The notes under the pieces are model-generated. The model did not search any database. It was not told the DNA's origin and saw nothing but the letters and a program-made list of their open reading frames with translations. A stretch of 61,584 nt of DNA, counting the filler, from Basidiobolus ranarum (Eukaryota): the NCBI GenBank assembly GCA_040143965.1. It is 11 parts of 11 records of this genome, joined end to end, with 100 filler letters (N's around TTAATTAATTAA, not from the genome) between each part and the next. Parts side by side here need not be neighbours in the genome. Positions count along the whole stretch, not along the records: positions 39,291 to 44,798 come from JASJQH010001578.1; positions 44,899 to 50,399 come from JASJQH010001579.1; positions 50,500 to 55,993 come from JASJQH010001580.1; 8 more parts are not named here. One strand, 5' to 3'. The translations under genes were made by a program, and so were the position numbers. Of the stretch, positions 39,857 through 53,900 are shown in pieces (positions within the stretch are counted from its first letter, which is position 1; every line of letters starts with the position of its first letter).

Positions 39857-40049
39857 GTAGTTGGTAATTATCGTAAGTTAGAGGTTGTGTCTTTTTCGAT
39901 GGTTTTCCATGGCATTTTTATTGATACTTTGGCTTTATCTTAGACTCGCATGAAAGACAACACAATAAACATTTGGGGTGTGGCAGTGAGGAAATAAAGT
40001 TAGTCTAACAACAAGGCTCATATAAACCGAAATCATGTATTCCCGACAT

Positions 40050-40349
40050 GAACTTGGTAAGTCCAAAAAGATCACCACAAATATTAGGTTATATTATCAG
40101 GAATAGTCTGAATTGGACTTCTTAAATGGATAATATTGCGATGAGTGCTTCTAAGATTGAGGTTAGGGCCAACTGCATAGATCTTGGAGAATTTACATTT
40201 AGCCATTTTTTGACATATCCTCCATAGCCACTACCTATATCTAATAATGTCTCACCTTTGACTAAATCCAAGAGTTTCTGTTTAGTGACATTATGATGGA
40301 ATCTCAAACAAGGTAGTCCAGTTCTAACTGAATTACTGATAGGATCCAA
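40050..40349 (-). pseudogene. Viral/linear-plasmid-type mRNA cap guanine-N7 methyltransferase relic
   Basis: LRFHHNVTKQKLLDLVKGETLLDIGSGYGGYVKKW, then after a frameshift KFSKIYAVGPN (cf. R.FHN..K...LLDIG.G.GGD..KW...IYAVDP); intronless, AT-rich. Confidence 0.6.
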
Positions 40350-40618
40350 ACTGGCACTTTATAATTAGCAATAATCAGTTGTTGGTGAAAGCCGCTGGAA
40401 TTCAGTGCTCTAAATCGATCCCTTTTGTGCATGAATAAAGGTGATATTGATCATGACTGATATGTTATCACAACTAAATATAAATCGCTGTAGGACTGCC
40501 CATGTTATTTTCCGTAACTAATATTTATTTTCTCCAGGGGAGATATGGAGCGTGAATGCGTATGTGTAACAAAAAAGATGAAATAAACAGTTAGATAATA
40601 TCAGGAAAAGCAATCAAC

Positions 40619-41230
40619 TTATTGCTGAGGTGGTTCCGGTCGGGGGGCTTCTGAAGCCTTAGTAGCGGCTTCATTTTCCACTTTGGGTGGTTTTTCTACC
40701 GGGATCTTTATTCCTCGTTCTAGCTCAATACGTTCTTTGGCACGCACAACCTTTGACTGTAGATAAAAGCTCCCTTTTACAGAGCTATCGTTTACTTTAT
40801 ATAGATGTTGAAAGTTCTTTGGACATAATTTAGTATACCAAACAGCTCTTTCCACAAATAGTTAAATGTACAATACCTTGACGATATCGCCGAGATCAGC
40901 TTCTTTTTTGACATTTAGAATTTGACAAGCCTCGTCAAGAGTCATACCTCCTTTTCTAGTGGCGGCATCCGCAGCCCCCTTAGCATTAGCAGCACCCGCA
41001 CCTCCACCACGAGCTGCATCTATAAGAATATGCGACTGTTAGTGTTGGCACAGTGGCTTCGATTTATCATAACATATATGTACTGGTAGCAGCTTGCTTA
41101 TAGGCAGCAACGAAGGCTTTGCCCACAATTTGGGAACCCATAACAATCAATTGGGCGATAACTCTAGCGGCCTGTATAAAATGGTTAGTGTTTTCGAATA
41201 TCGCCTTAAAAGTATACTCGGTAATACCAT
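40619..41230 (-). CDS. PAM16: Mitochondrial import motor subunit Pam16/Tim16 (multi-exon)
   Basis: [61 protein letters not shown]. Confidence 0.95.
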
Positions 41231-42079
41231 TTGTTTAAAATTTGAAGGCGACTTTGTATGTTTAAGCGACAGGTGAAGACTGAACTTTATTTACTGGACC
41301 TCGTGTTAAAATAGATAATTTTTTTAATAGAACTATATATATATTGAACTAGTATGTCACCATCACCATTACCATTCAAATAATTTTGGCGAATAGTTAA
41401 TCAAATGTTTAGTTAGTTTACAGAACTTGAATCTTATTCATCCTTAGTTTTCTCTTCATCCATTACCACGTGACCTCTTAAACTCATAGTTTTTGGTTTG
41501 ATTAAACTAATCCAATATTTATGCTAAAGTCTCACAATAAAGATTGGTTAAAGATCTCCATAGTTATCGAAGACAGCGCGTGATCCCATGAAAGTAGAAA
41601 ATCAATTATATGGGAGATCTCATCTCGATGGTTCATAATATCGAAATACTTGAAAAGAAACAGTCATGAAACGAACCCATAATTGGTACTAAGTCGGTAG
41701 ATGACGGTGATGATAGGAAGCGTCAGACGCTCCTATATTGAGAAACAAAGTAAGCAATGATGACAAAGGTTCCTGACTCTTCACAATGCTCCTTACATTC
41801 TTGAACTGGGTTGGATCGGATGTTTTCCATTACTGACAAACTTCTTTTCTTGGAAGAGTGGTTTTGGGTTCTAGTTCCTAGATTTCCATAATGGATATAG
41901 TTGTTTTTCGAATCTACGGGAACTCGATTGGCCCAAGCCTTCAGTAGTAGCTGCAGCCATATATGGTTCGAACTTTTAAGGAAGTGCTGAACTCTTAAGT
42001 TTGTATATCAATTCAATGGCTGTTAGTGCCGTTTTGGATGCTGATATCTCATAATTTACCCACCGTATCTGATCCAATA

Positions 42080-42500
42080 CATGCAGAGAGTGGAAGATTT
42101 GAACATCAAAGGGTCATTAGATGGTCCATCGATGGAACAATTCGGATATATATTGTTCCTTACTAGGCAAGAGCGATTCAACAAGAGAACCCAAAACAAG
42201 TAAACCCATGAAGGCATGGGGTTCCGATGATTTCCGATCGGACCATCTTGCTTGTATCTGAATTTCGCATCTGAAGATCTTATTCATGCTGTTTCTTCTA
42301 TTATGATTGTCCCAAACAAAAGGCACTCAAAGAAAGCCAAATGGTAAAATATCCGACTTGATAAGCACAACATTCGAAAGCTCGGCAAATCTTCGATCCA
42401 TAATCTTATAATCTCGTGCAACTATAATCGGTTGTGCCCAGTTCTTAAGTCGGTGAAATAAGGGCACGACTTGCGCAAAGAATCAGCCACCCCATATGAC
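42080..42500 (-). pseudogene. Possible DEAD-box helicase relic
   Basis: Fragmentary ALISPT*EL (motif Ia PTRELA) and IIGTP (motif Ib) in the right order; heavily decayed. Confidence 0.3.
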
Positions 42501-42751
42501 AGAGCAGTTGAATAGACTTGACCAGGCATTGTCATTCACTTTGTTAATCTTGTAGATGAACTAACCTACAACAGCTTGATTCGGAGTTTTTACTTCTCGT
42601 TGATACATGAATTCATCACATTGATTTGCTGAATGCCAAGTTTATGGGGTTAATATTCATTATATTATGCGATATTTATTTAATAGAGATACATATGGTT
42701 ATAACCGTGAAATCCATGAAACCCCGCCTTATATGAGGTTAGCGTAAGCGA

Positions 42752-43699
42752 TTACTTATTTTTAGGGTGCAAACGGGGTGTGTCCCAACAGGCATCTTCG
42801 ATAAGGAAGGTATACCAATAGCATATTATAGGTACCGTCGCGGCATGCCAAAGTGAATGGGCATCGAACACCTTAAAGATGGGTGGGAAATCAAAAAGCT
42901 CTAATGACATCGCCATGGTTAATAATAAAGCACTCACAACTGGTCTCCAGCGGTAAGGATGACCAGGACTATTTATGGCCAAAATGCTCCAAGAAATATT
43001 ATGTAGTATACCAATACCAACGTTGGCTTTCATATTGTAATCGTAATCGAAATGATAAAAACTTAAGTAGCTTATGTGCAACAGGAAGGGGATTATATGA
43101 AGGATTCCTATGAAGAGCTGCCTTTTCCGAGTAACAGTGTGAGTAACTCTGAGAACGGAAAGAAACAGTCCATAAAGGATAGTAAGAGCCGCTGAAAAAT
43201 AATCCAATTTTTCCGTAAGTGAGGTATCGCGAGAGTGAAAGACACTAGACCATAACCAAGCATTCATCCCCACGATTGCGTAGCCAAAATAAAAAGGTTT
43301 CAGAAAGTATTGATCTGGAACGCGGATTTTAATTGCATTCCAATGGTGCCAATGAGCCCAACCGTTGAGTATACTAAACACTACACTAGCAGGCTCTTGT
43401 AATCCGAATATACGAATAAAAGGCCATTTACCATAGTATTGTACAATCTGTTCACCAGATTTCGCAGCACTCTCAGTGATTTGTTGCATGCAATTATACT
43501 TGCAGTCATCTAAGCAAGTCCACAAAGTAAGTCGTAGAGATAAAGGGAGGGTCGGATTGACTGCACAGATGCCTCGTTCACAATCTTCAACACATTCAGT
43601 GAAGGCAGGTTGGCTATCCCCATAAGACCCGTATACACATGCAATAAGGCCTATTAGTAGAATTAATACCACAATTTGTCTTCCTAGTCGCTTTATCAT
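42752..43699 (-). CDS. PER1: GPI remodelling phospholipase Per1/PGAP3
   Basis: Signal peptide, WTCLDDCKYNCM, QYYGKWPFIRIFGLQEPASVVFS, WSSVFHSRD...EKLDYF, ELFDFPP...DAHSLWHAAT. Confidence 0.96.
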   Translation of the reverse strand: MIKRLGRQIVVLILLIGLIACVYGSYGDSQPAFTECVEDCERGICAVNPTLPLSLRLTLWTCLDDCKYNCMQQITESAAKSGEQIVQYYGKWPFIRIFGLQEPASVVFSILNGWAHWHHWNAIKIRVPDQYFLKPFYFGYAIVGMNAWLWSSVFHSRDTSLTEKLDYFSAALTILYGLFLSVLRVTHTVTRKRQLFIGILHIIPFLLHISYLSFYHFDYDYNMKANVGIGILHNISWSILAINSPGHPYRWRPVVSALLLTMAMSLELFDFPPIFKVFDAHSLWHAATVPIICYWYTFLIEDACWDTPRLHPKNK

Positions 43700-44898
43700 C
43701 TTGAAGAAGCTGACCAAGTGAGATAAAACAAGTTACATAGCTATGGGCAATTATTATTCCCACAGAAATTGGAATATCATTTAGTGTGATTAATTAACCC
43801 ACCACCAATTCAATTGATTGCCTAAAAATTTAGATCTCATTAACAAATTAAAATTAGCTCATGGTAAGAAAGTCGTATATTGAAGCAGGCTTCATAACTA
43901 CTTTAAGTGGGTTTAACAAGAGCACGCTCCAGGCTGACCATGAGCTGGTAAATTTGGTAACTCCTCATTTAACATGCAGCTTCGAAGATTGGAAACGCAA
44001 CAATACGGATTTAACAGATTACTCCTAAAAAGCCATCACCCACTTACTAATAATGGGGCATTGATCTTGGAGCATCTGGCAACAGAGATCAAGCTTCACT
44101 TTGTATACAATTGGATCTTCTGTCGTCAACATTATCGAAATCCTGTATCGGTGTTAGTGGTATGAAGAAACTGCGATCGAATCACGCGATTAGACCATCA
44201 ACGCAAGTAGCGTAAATTCATATCGCCAACAAAGGTAAACTCTTCATGTACCGAGATATTCAAGCCGAGCGATTATTGGCGATTTCGAGCGCTGCCTGTT
44301 TTGTCTGTACACTGGATTTAAGAAACGTCGAAAGAACGTATCTATTGGCTTAGGTAGCTTTCATTTGCTATGTATTTATGGGTTTCTGGTAAAATACCTA
44401 ATTCATAAAAAACTATCACCCCATTTTGATACTATATATGCACGTTTTGCTCCCATAAATTCTGAAAATTCGGGTCTAATACGGTTTTATGTCACCTGCT
44501 AATATCGCAAATAGTTCAGGTCACGCTCACTTCCATTTTACTTGCTGCATAAAAACCCAAAATAGTGGAGATAGACGGATCAAATGATCTAGGTCTGATC
44601 CACTAAAGGCAATCATTTTTTTATTCTTCGTTCACTCGATCACTATTATTGATTCCCTCAGATTGATAAATCCATTTATTCTAGAGCATCTTAACACATA
44701 ATCCCTTTTGACACGCTGCTTACCTACAAAGAGCGAAACTAATTGAATGAACTTTGAGGCTCACAACAAGTCTAAGGAAGGTTACTGGTCTCCAGAAGNN
44801 NNNNNNNNNNNNNNNNNNNNNNNNNNNNNNNNNNNNNNNNNNTTAATTAATTAANNNNNNNNNNNNNNNNNNNNNNNNNNNNNNNNNNNNNNNNNNNN

Positions 44899-45100
44899 GA
44901 ATAAATATTGCTAGCCATTGAATAATAAGGAGATAATCCAGTGGTAGACTTAGTCCATGGCGTCGATACCAAGCATTTCCTGGCCGACGCCGACCATTAT
45001 TTATGAAGCAAAAATTGTTTGTATGCTTCATATGGAAAGAATTTGTTGCAATATCGTTTTCGGAGACGTCAACAGCAGTGTCAAACTCAGTAGACGGCAT
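44899..45100 (-). CDS. Probable DHHC palmitoyltransferase N-terminus (ZDHHC1/11-like), truncated
   Basis: RRHGLSLPLDYLLIIQW resembles the R.HG..LP....Q...W start of this DHHC subfamily; the DHHC domain itself is not visible. Confidence 0.5.
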
Positions 45101-46409
45101 ATTGTTCAAGTTATTGCGATTTCGAATTGAACATAAAGAGTGTTACTTTTACCCGAAAATACTCCTTTACAGTATTTATCTAATTGTGCTAAAGTGACTT
45201 CAATCTCAATTGAAGAACTGCTTCAAGAGTCGTAATTCTGATCAATAAATGCACCATGTTGAAGCGGTTGAATATCCCACAGGTGATTGCACTGGAATCA
45301 CGTGAAGACAGGAAATAATCTCAAATTAGCTATATAGGAACAAAGTAAAATCCCTCAAAATTAAATCATCACCCAAACCTGTTAGGACTTAAGTGGCTTG
45401 TCCGCAATATTACATCTGCTGATTGACTCAAGTATTACAGGGAGTAGAGTCGGTATTGGGTGTTGAAAATTAGTAGGCAAATTGTCTGTAACCCCAGACC
45501 CACAGAAAAAGGCGGTACACATTGCAAATATGTATTGATAAAAAGTCATCGTTGCAAACGTTCAAATGAAATCATGTGGCCCGGTAGAGGTAATCGACAG
45601 TAAGAAATTCAAGCATGCAGGAAAGGGTCAGGATAATGATTGACATCTTTCTAAGTAACCATATGTATGCCGAGCCATACAAGGTGCTGAGAAAAGGAGA
45701 GAATATCAATACAGAAGCACGCGAAAATAAATGCACCGCTTGCTCATCCAGTACCATGATCACCTGGTATATGAGATGCCCACACAGTCACAAAAGCCAT
45801 GATTATCATGTAAATGTTCTCTGCTTTCATTCGCTTTTATATTCTATGAGATTTCAGCAGTGTAGTGGATGTAACAACTCCTAATAACTATATAGTTAAT
45901 TTGTACATCAGCAATTAATTAATCAAATCGTTGCTATATCATTTGTCAAAAAGGTATCAATGCCAATTAGGCCCAATAGTAGCCATCTACCAGCTGTGTA
46001 ATTCCATAAAGCATCTGCCTTTCTTTCAATGCTCTATTAAACTAATTGATGGGAGACGTAAAAATTAACGTACTCTAAAAATAAGAATTATATTGTTGGA
46101 CACTGGCCTCCCCTTTACAATCAAATCTCCTTGGCCACTCACTCCTCCCTGTCCTCCCCCTCAACTCCCCATTGCCCCCTCTATCTTCCGTTGTATTAAA
46201 CCTACCTTTTCATCATTCACTTGGTGACGTTAAGGAACCAGTATTCTTCAAATTCAAATTCTTATACGCATATACTTCTACACCGTTCCCTACTTGTGTG
46301 TGCAAAGAATTTTCCAGTGTAAGAGCTCGTGTTTGAATCACGTATCGTTCAGGCTTCTTATCTTAGTGTGGCGTCTCAACTATATACATTACAACTCCGT
46401 TCGTAAACA

Positions 46410-48006
46410 ATGGGGTTTTTATTTTCGTCGCTAAAGGGTGCTAGTAATAATGCTACAGCTAGTCCCAACAACAATTATACTGAAAATATTCCCGATTTTT
46501 ACATAAATTTTGAAAGTATGTATAATCTAAATATTTGTGATTCAACCAACTTTAGTGCTTTACTACGCTCCTACCACTACCAAGCTGAGGTTTAACATAC
46601 TTAAACTTACTTATATAGACCCAACTCCAACTCCGGATGAAGCACAAGTTTACGAAAGAGTGTTGAGTATGCTTCAACCTACATCATCCATTATAGCTTC
46701 TCTTCGCCAGTATAAAGGTTGTGCGAATGCAATCCGACAGGTATAGTGATATTTTCTTTACAAGGCTTTATATATCAAAGGCGGGAGTAATGCGTTAAAG
46801 AGAGTAAATATATCTCTTATGTCAATCGATATTTCAAGTGAACAAAAGATTGTATCTGATATACTGAGACTTTGCAAATGCAGGCCATTTCTACCCCAAA
46901 TTCAGAAACCGAACAAACAGCCTGGCAGGAATTAACACCTGCTGTAGCTCATCTGAAGAATTTCTATGAATTTGCTGCGACACTAGGTATATTATCTAAG
47001 TAGCTATTACTGCTCGCATTTACTAATATATATTATTAAAACTAGAGGAGGCCATTCCAAAACTTTTGCAACCGCTTTGTCAAGGCAATGCCAACCATAA
47101 TATTGACAGATATCAAGCTCTAGCCAAGCTTTTTGCCGACATTCTCGATTTCGTTTTTGAATTTGATGAGTTAAAAGTACGAAGCTGTGGTGAATTTTTG
47201 ATTGATAGTGTTTCTAACTAACAATTGGTCGTTAAATTGATGAACTTAGATGGCAAATCCGGCCATTCAAAATGATTTCTCATACTATCGTCGCTCCTTG
47301 AGCCGCCTTAAAATGACTAATTCAGTAAGTTGGTTGATCTATCTCCACTGATAATCTGTGATTCTTATATATGTATGCTGTATTATAGACACAAGTAAGC
47401 GAATCTGTTGTACAAGATGAGCTTGCCAACAGAATGTCGCTATTCTATGCTTATCACACACCAATGCTTAAGACTGTTATTGATTCTGTGACGGAGTTTG
47501 TGAATAAGGTTTGTGATTCTCATATTCATCATCTGCATTGTAAATTTACCAACACTGTCTATTTCAGCAAAATGAAGGCAAGAATGTTGCAGAGTGTCTG
47601 TCTACCATTACTCTTGCCTGTTATAATGTCGTTACCAAGCAGGGGTACGGTTTTTTACTTTAAATCCCAGTATCTATCAATCTAACTTTTTAATTAGATC
47701 GAAAACACCCGAGCTTAATGATTTCTGCCAAAGAGTCATGGTTGCATGTACTATTTTGTATGACCATATCAACCCCAGCGGTGTATTTAATAGAGGTTCT
47801 ACCATCAATGTAGGTTAAATAGACTTCATCCTTTATATCTATGTTCATTCACCGTTATCTTCATTCAGGTTCGTAACGTCATTAGGGCTGTTCAAACTCA
47901 AGGAGCCAATTGCAAAGACACTCTTATTTGTGCATTACGCTTCAATAGTAAGCATTTGAATGACGAAGACACGCTTAAACAAATCAAGACTATGCTCAAT
48001 GAGTAG
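46410..48006 (+). CDS. CYRI/FAM49 (DUF1394) Rac1-binding protein, multi-exon
   Basis: MG N-terminus, [96 protein letters not shown]. Confidence 0.93.
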
Positions 48007-49317
48007 AGAAGCGTGCTTCGCGACCAATGCGCCAATTATGCGAGCAGGCAGCTCCTTAGTCTTTACCTTAGCAATTATCTTTATTTTTTCAATCTTGGCA
48101 TTTTAATACTTTCCGATATATCTTTTCCACGCATTATTTCGACTGATATAATCCTAGCTTAATCGTTTAAATAATATTACCTCGTCTTCATGTTGCTCAT
48201 ATGAAGATTTTCATTCGGATACACTATTTTATTTCTCCTAAACCAAGGCAAACATCCTGGCGATGATATACTGTCAACTTAAACTGACTGTTTGCCTATT
48301 TGATTTCCATACTTCGTATATTCAAACCCTATCTACTATCTATTACTTCATTACTATTGCGTATTCTTTAACGGCTGTATTTTTTGTGCTTTCGGGTTCT
48401 TTACTTCCAAAATATAGGCCATGGGACCTGGACATATACATTTGTTCATTTTTGTGGGATGTTTTCTTGATTTACTTTCTTCCCTCGAATCATCAACATT
48501 GATTCCTGGTGTGCAAATAACTCCTTTTCACTTTAGCCCCTGTTTTGATTTGCTTTGTAAGAGATTCTTGGTTGGAGTGGGTAGTAGTTTCATAGACGTC
48601 TTGAATACAAACCTGTATTATGAACCACCATTAACTTGCTTCAAAGCTTTATTAATTTGGCCTACGAGAGTTGCTGTAGAACATTATGTTTTCTGACAAT
48701 GAGACAACGAAGCCAACCAGTTGAGCTCAACCTTTGTTATTGATGTGCCATACTTTCCCCAGTAAACACTTCTTGAGTAGTATAGATCGGCCTGCTTTGC
48801 TGATTTATAGACAAAGACTTTGAGGGACCTATATTGACTGTCATTGCTGAATCACCTACCACTCTTAGATTCCAAACAACCAACAGTAATAATGGGTCAG
48901 TTGTCAGACAATCTGAATGATGTTAATTCAATCTACATTCCAAAAAAGTACTTCCCTGACTGTTTACCAAAATTCCTAATTTGTTGAATCGCGCTTTGAT
49001 CGACCGGGCGCGTTACGTTTGGTAGCCGAGGCGCGTAGTAGGATCGCGTCGAGTTGCATGGACTGTTTTTTCCTTTTACCCCAATCTTAATCTATCTACT
49101 GGGGTATGTTCTATTTATTATTGTAAGGGTAACAGGCAGCAATTGGTCATGAAAGTGACCGCGTTCATTACGAAGATCATGTGATTTTCCTTTTCAGTCA
49201 CTTGAACGGGATTGGTTGGATAACGATTGTTCATGAGTAAAAGCGCATCTCAAATAACCCAGTTTGTTTCCATAGTTTTATTTGTTCTTTCCCTCAATAT
49301 ACTTCACCAAGCGAGAT

Positions 49318-50399
49318 ATGTTAGGTGCTATCGCTTCAACACTTTCAGAACTCCCAAAAGGTCCTTTAAAACACTCCGAAGTGATCATAATCGACGAAGA
49401 GGATTTTTATGACCCAACAGAGCCAGTATATGAGGTCCTTAAATTAATATTATTTGTGTTCTCACTCCATTCCAACTCACTTTGCAACCCTATATTTGTA
49501 GGTTGAGAGAGTGCTAGGCAAAAGGAAATACAAGGTACTCATTCTTTCCCAGGATTGTCACGCTTGATAAGTAATAGTAAGCAAGTATTTTGATATTGGT
49601 TTTCTTCATTTCAGGGTCGGGTGGAGTACTTGCTAAAATGGAAAGGCTACGATGACGACCAAAACTCTTGGGAACCCGAAGGAAACCTGGATTGTTATGA
49701 GTTGATAGATAAATTCAACAACCATATAAACAAACCACATAAAGTAGTGGTTACTCCAACAATTAAGAGAAAAATCCCACATCAAACCAATACTATCAAG
49801 AATTATTTTTCCTCTGCAATTTATCCTAAGGATATTGTGTTACACAGAAACATCAATACAAAACCAATTCATCATAAGGTAAGCTAGTTAAGACATGTTG
49901 AAGTTATATCACTGATGTTTCTCACCAAGCCTAATCCATCAGGATCCACCATTGCAAGAGAAGGCTGGTAGTCCTAAAAAAGTCAAACGAACATCAGCCA
50001 AAACGGAAATGTCAGTTTCTGAGAACTACATGAAGCTCCCACCCAAGCCCAATGTCATTGCTTTTCAACAGCTGCTTGATCAAGCTAAAGTGCCCAAAAT
50101 CACAGTGGTCAATGAAATTGATGATATGGGGCCCCCGGCAGACTTCGAATTTATCAATGAGAATATATATACTGCGGGAGTTCCAAAGATGTCTACTGAT
50201 TTTTTGGTGGGATGTGAATGTGTTGATGAATGTAACTCAAAGACTGCCAAAAGTTGTTCTTGTATAGCTAACATGGGCTCATTACCTTACAAGAGAGGTC
50301 GATTGCAAATTCAACCTGGACAGGCTATATACGAATGCAACTCTCTCTGTAATTGTGGTCCTGATTGCCCTGATCGGCTAGTGCAAAAAGCGAGAACAA
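49318..50399 (+). CDS. clr4: H3K9 methyltransferase Clr4/SUV39 (chromodomain + pre-SET), 3'-truncated
   Basis: [10 protein letters not shown]...[22 protein letters not shown] chromodomain; pre-SET GCEC..C...[22 protein letters not shown]. Confidence 0.92.
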
Positions 50400-50949
50400 N
50401 NNNNNNNNNNNNNNNNNNNNNNNNNNNNNNNNNNNNNNNNNNNTTAATTAATTAANNNNNNNNNNNNNNNNNNNNNNNNNNNNNNNNNNNNNNNNNNNNA
50501 TCTTTTGAATGTGCAATAATGTCTAAAAGTACTTTTCTTAAACATACCACATAAGTAAAATAAACTGTTTCCAAAATGGTATATAACATCGTCCCAGATA
50601 GTGCCCAATCATGCCAATTTGTGCTGGCACACTTTTTAGCTAGCCTGATCTGGCTCAATAAAATGGATCAAGTCTCTACACTATATATGGGGTGACATGA
50701 TTGGTTAGGTTTCATGGAATGTTCCAAAGAACATGACTTTGATATAAGGTAACCTGGATGAACTAATACAAGAGTGCCAAGAAGGGATGGTGCAGCAGAT
50801 GTTATGTCGTAATCTAATAATAGAAGAGTTCTATTTGCAGTGGATCAGTATGCCAAGATCAGAATTGTGACAATATAAATGGCTCCAAAACTACTGGCAA
50901 ATGATTTTAGCTCAGAAGATACTTTGCCAACTCAAGCATCCAATTAGGA

Positions 50950-53900
50950 GTTCAATAATGAGAGTAACAATGCATCAGAGATAACTGATACAGGTTCAGC
51001 AGATGCGCTTCCCTTCTATTTACCTTTGCAGTTAGCAAAAACTCTTGGTCAATCTTTACCTCAGCAAGCATTATTTGATCAGGTACATGGGAACTCATCA
51101 CAAGCATGCCATGCTTTATCTGATTCAAATGAGTTTGATCACACACATACCATAGATCAAATATTGTATCAGCCTTTGCAGCCCATTGAACAAGAGCCAC
51201 ATTCTTTGCCAGAAGAGCTGGAAGAGCCCAAATCATCTGGCTTAAGGTGTTGCAGGTGCAACTAAGATACTCAGAGCAACACAATATGTAGTTAGCATAT
51301 ATTCATTAATATACCTCATTAAGGAATGAGCTATGTATTCATTTGATGTCCTCCATGCAATGATTAAGACCCACTAATATTTGTCTACCCATTGAATATT
51401 CTTATTAAAACAAAACCTATCTACTGCAAGTCCAATATTTTCAAAGAGCAGATACATATTTCTCACTTATATATACCTAATCATGGAATCAAATTTGACA
51501 GTGAAGATAGTCACTATGGGAAGTTGTGCCATTCCTGTGTGCATAATTCAAGTAATATAGTTGAATAAGTATAGCACAAGTCATTTTAGTATTAATTTTA
51601 AATAGTATTCTGCCTTACATTTTACTTGCTAAGGTATCTGTTCAGTAATCAAAACACTGATCAATAACCAATTGTTGTTTCCAATATCAGAAACCATGAA
51701 TTTTTAAATATATGAGTTTCAAGTAGCAAAGAAATTTTAATATAAAGTATCACCTAGTCAATCTTTTTTGAGGAGTTATGGTAGATGGTTGCATCTCTGC
51801 AAGGGGAAGTTGTATTACGCAAGTCTAGTTAGTATAAGAATTCCTACTTAACTGCAGATGATTATTCTCTAAGTTGTAACATATTTGAATGCGACATTCT
51901 TTATATACCACAATTGATTTGGAAATTTTATGATATTAAGATACTTACTAGCTGTCAGGATATGCAAACATTCTTGCCTACTTGTTGGAATGATCAACTG
52001 GCAAGATCCTCAACTAAATTACACAGAGACTTCAAAGAACCAAACAAGTCACTTTCACACTTTCCTTTAGGGACAGTACACCACTACTCATCCACTTATT
52101 CTAGAATTGTTCAACAGAGACTGGAAATATATTATATACATAATCTATATCTGTAATCCTGCAAAGTGCATGAGTTATTTGTCATCAAAGCAAATGCTTT
52201 GCATTATAGTACTAATTTTGGGAAAAGCTGGTCAATGAAAAATTTATACACAAATTCCCATTGTTTGAATACTGATGTCACTATTGAAAGTGTTGACTTT
52301 GCTTCAAATGCAACCTTCTTATTAATCCAATCCTCCAACTAAGTGTGACCCATACTCTTCATTTCTTGGCTCCATACCTTTGACATTTATTAGTATCTTC
52401 AGTACCTTACAGACTTTACTTCAAGTGATTTCCATACACTTTGTCAGCTGCACTTTGTAGACTCTATTTTTGGCACTCCTCCTTTCTTGACACCATTCTC
52501 ATTGGCACTTGTAGGCTCTGTTTTAATGTTTCTCTTATATATTGCATACTGGAGCTATACCCATTGCTTGTTAATTGGCTTGGCACTAGATAACTAGTAT
52601 AGAGTATCTCAGTCTGTGTGGTTTTGAGGGATTTATTAGGGCTAAGAATACATAATGTTAACTAGTATATTTCTACAAACAATGCAGGTGCAAACAACAA
52701 GAAGTATGGTGGCATTAAAGGATGAACATGGGCAATACTTCCAACAAAAGTCTATGTGGTGCAAAAGATAATTGAAAAAAAAATGAGTATAGATAACATT
52801 TTTGACTATAAATGTCCAAAGCCCACTGAAAATTGTGGCACAACAAATGATAGGTGTGAGCAACACTTTTAAATATGATGACAAAGCATACTGACAATCA
52901 ATGTGGAGTATAGTTTCAACAAATTGCTGTGCTAAATCCCATTATAACTGCTATTAATGCTAGTTGCTGAGATTTATCTATGGATTGATCTAATTCATAA
53001 ATGAGAATTATATAGAATGACACAGCCTAATCTATTGCAGATCATAAGCATATGTAATCTCATAATAATAATTTTGTAATTCAAAACATGAAACTAACTA
53101 TTTCAAGCAATATGTTGAGTAAATATAGTATGTATGATTTTGATAAGGCTATCTTTGGTACTACCATGATTATAGTCTAAATATCTGGTAAATTGGCATT
53201 AGATCAGTCAGCATTAGATCAGTCTATACAATTTAGTAGATGATTTAGTAGCTGATTTAGTTGATGATAATTTGTTTATCACCAACTTAGTGTGGTAAGC
53301 TTAATATAATACTTGACACTAATACATATATTCTAATAGACTTACATGCATTTTACTCCTAGCTTGATCTTCACCTTGGTTCTGCTGTAAAGATACTCTA
53401 ATTGCCATCGAGATGGAATACAACCAGAATAATCAGCAGATAACAACAAATAACAAACCTGTTTTGTTGAGAACCCAATCCAGTCCCCCTGCTCAAGCAA
53501 GCATTTACCACCGTTGACAGAAAGAATGATAACTTGAACAATGCAAAGATCCATGGTCAAAATAATTCTGACCTCAAGTATCAGTTGGGACCTAGCTTTG
53601 AAGTTGAAGCTAGAGGTGTAACATCTGACCAGGGAGAAGTTTTCAATTATGGGTCAAGCAGTGATAGCAGTGTTATAGAACTAAAGCATTTGTCTTACTC
53701 AGCATCTGGATTATATATAATGATGTAACCAAATCTACAGCCAGATTTCTCACATTGGCATAACTACCTACTGCATTTATATAATATTACTTTGATATAA
53801 TCTCATAATTTCAAGCAACAAGCAGCTTCACCATCCATCTATATTCAGACATGCATTTACTACCAACAATATGGATAGTCATGAAGTTTTACATTCTTGT

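Noticed and set aside
43860-44310. Weak kinase-like scrap (LFMYRDIQAERLL)
   Set aside because: Single partial motif with no other kinase subdomains identifiable.
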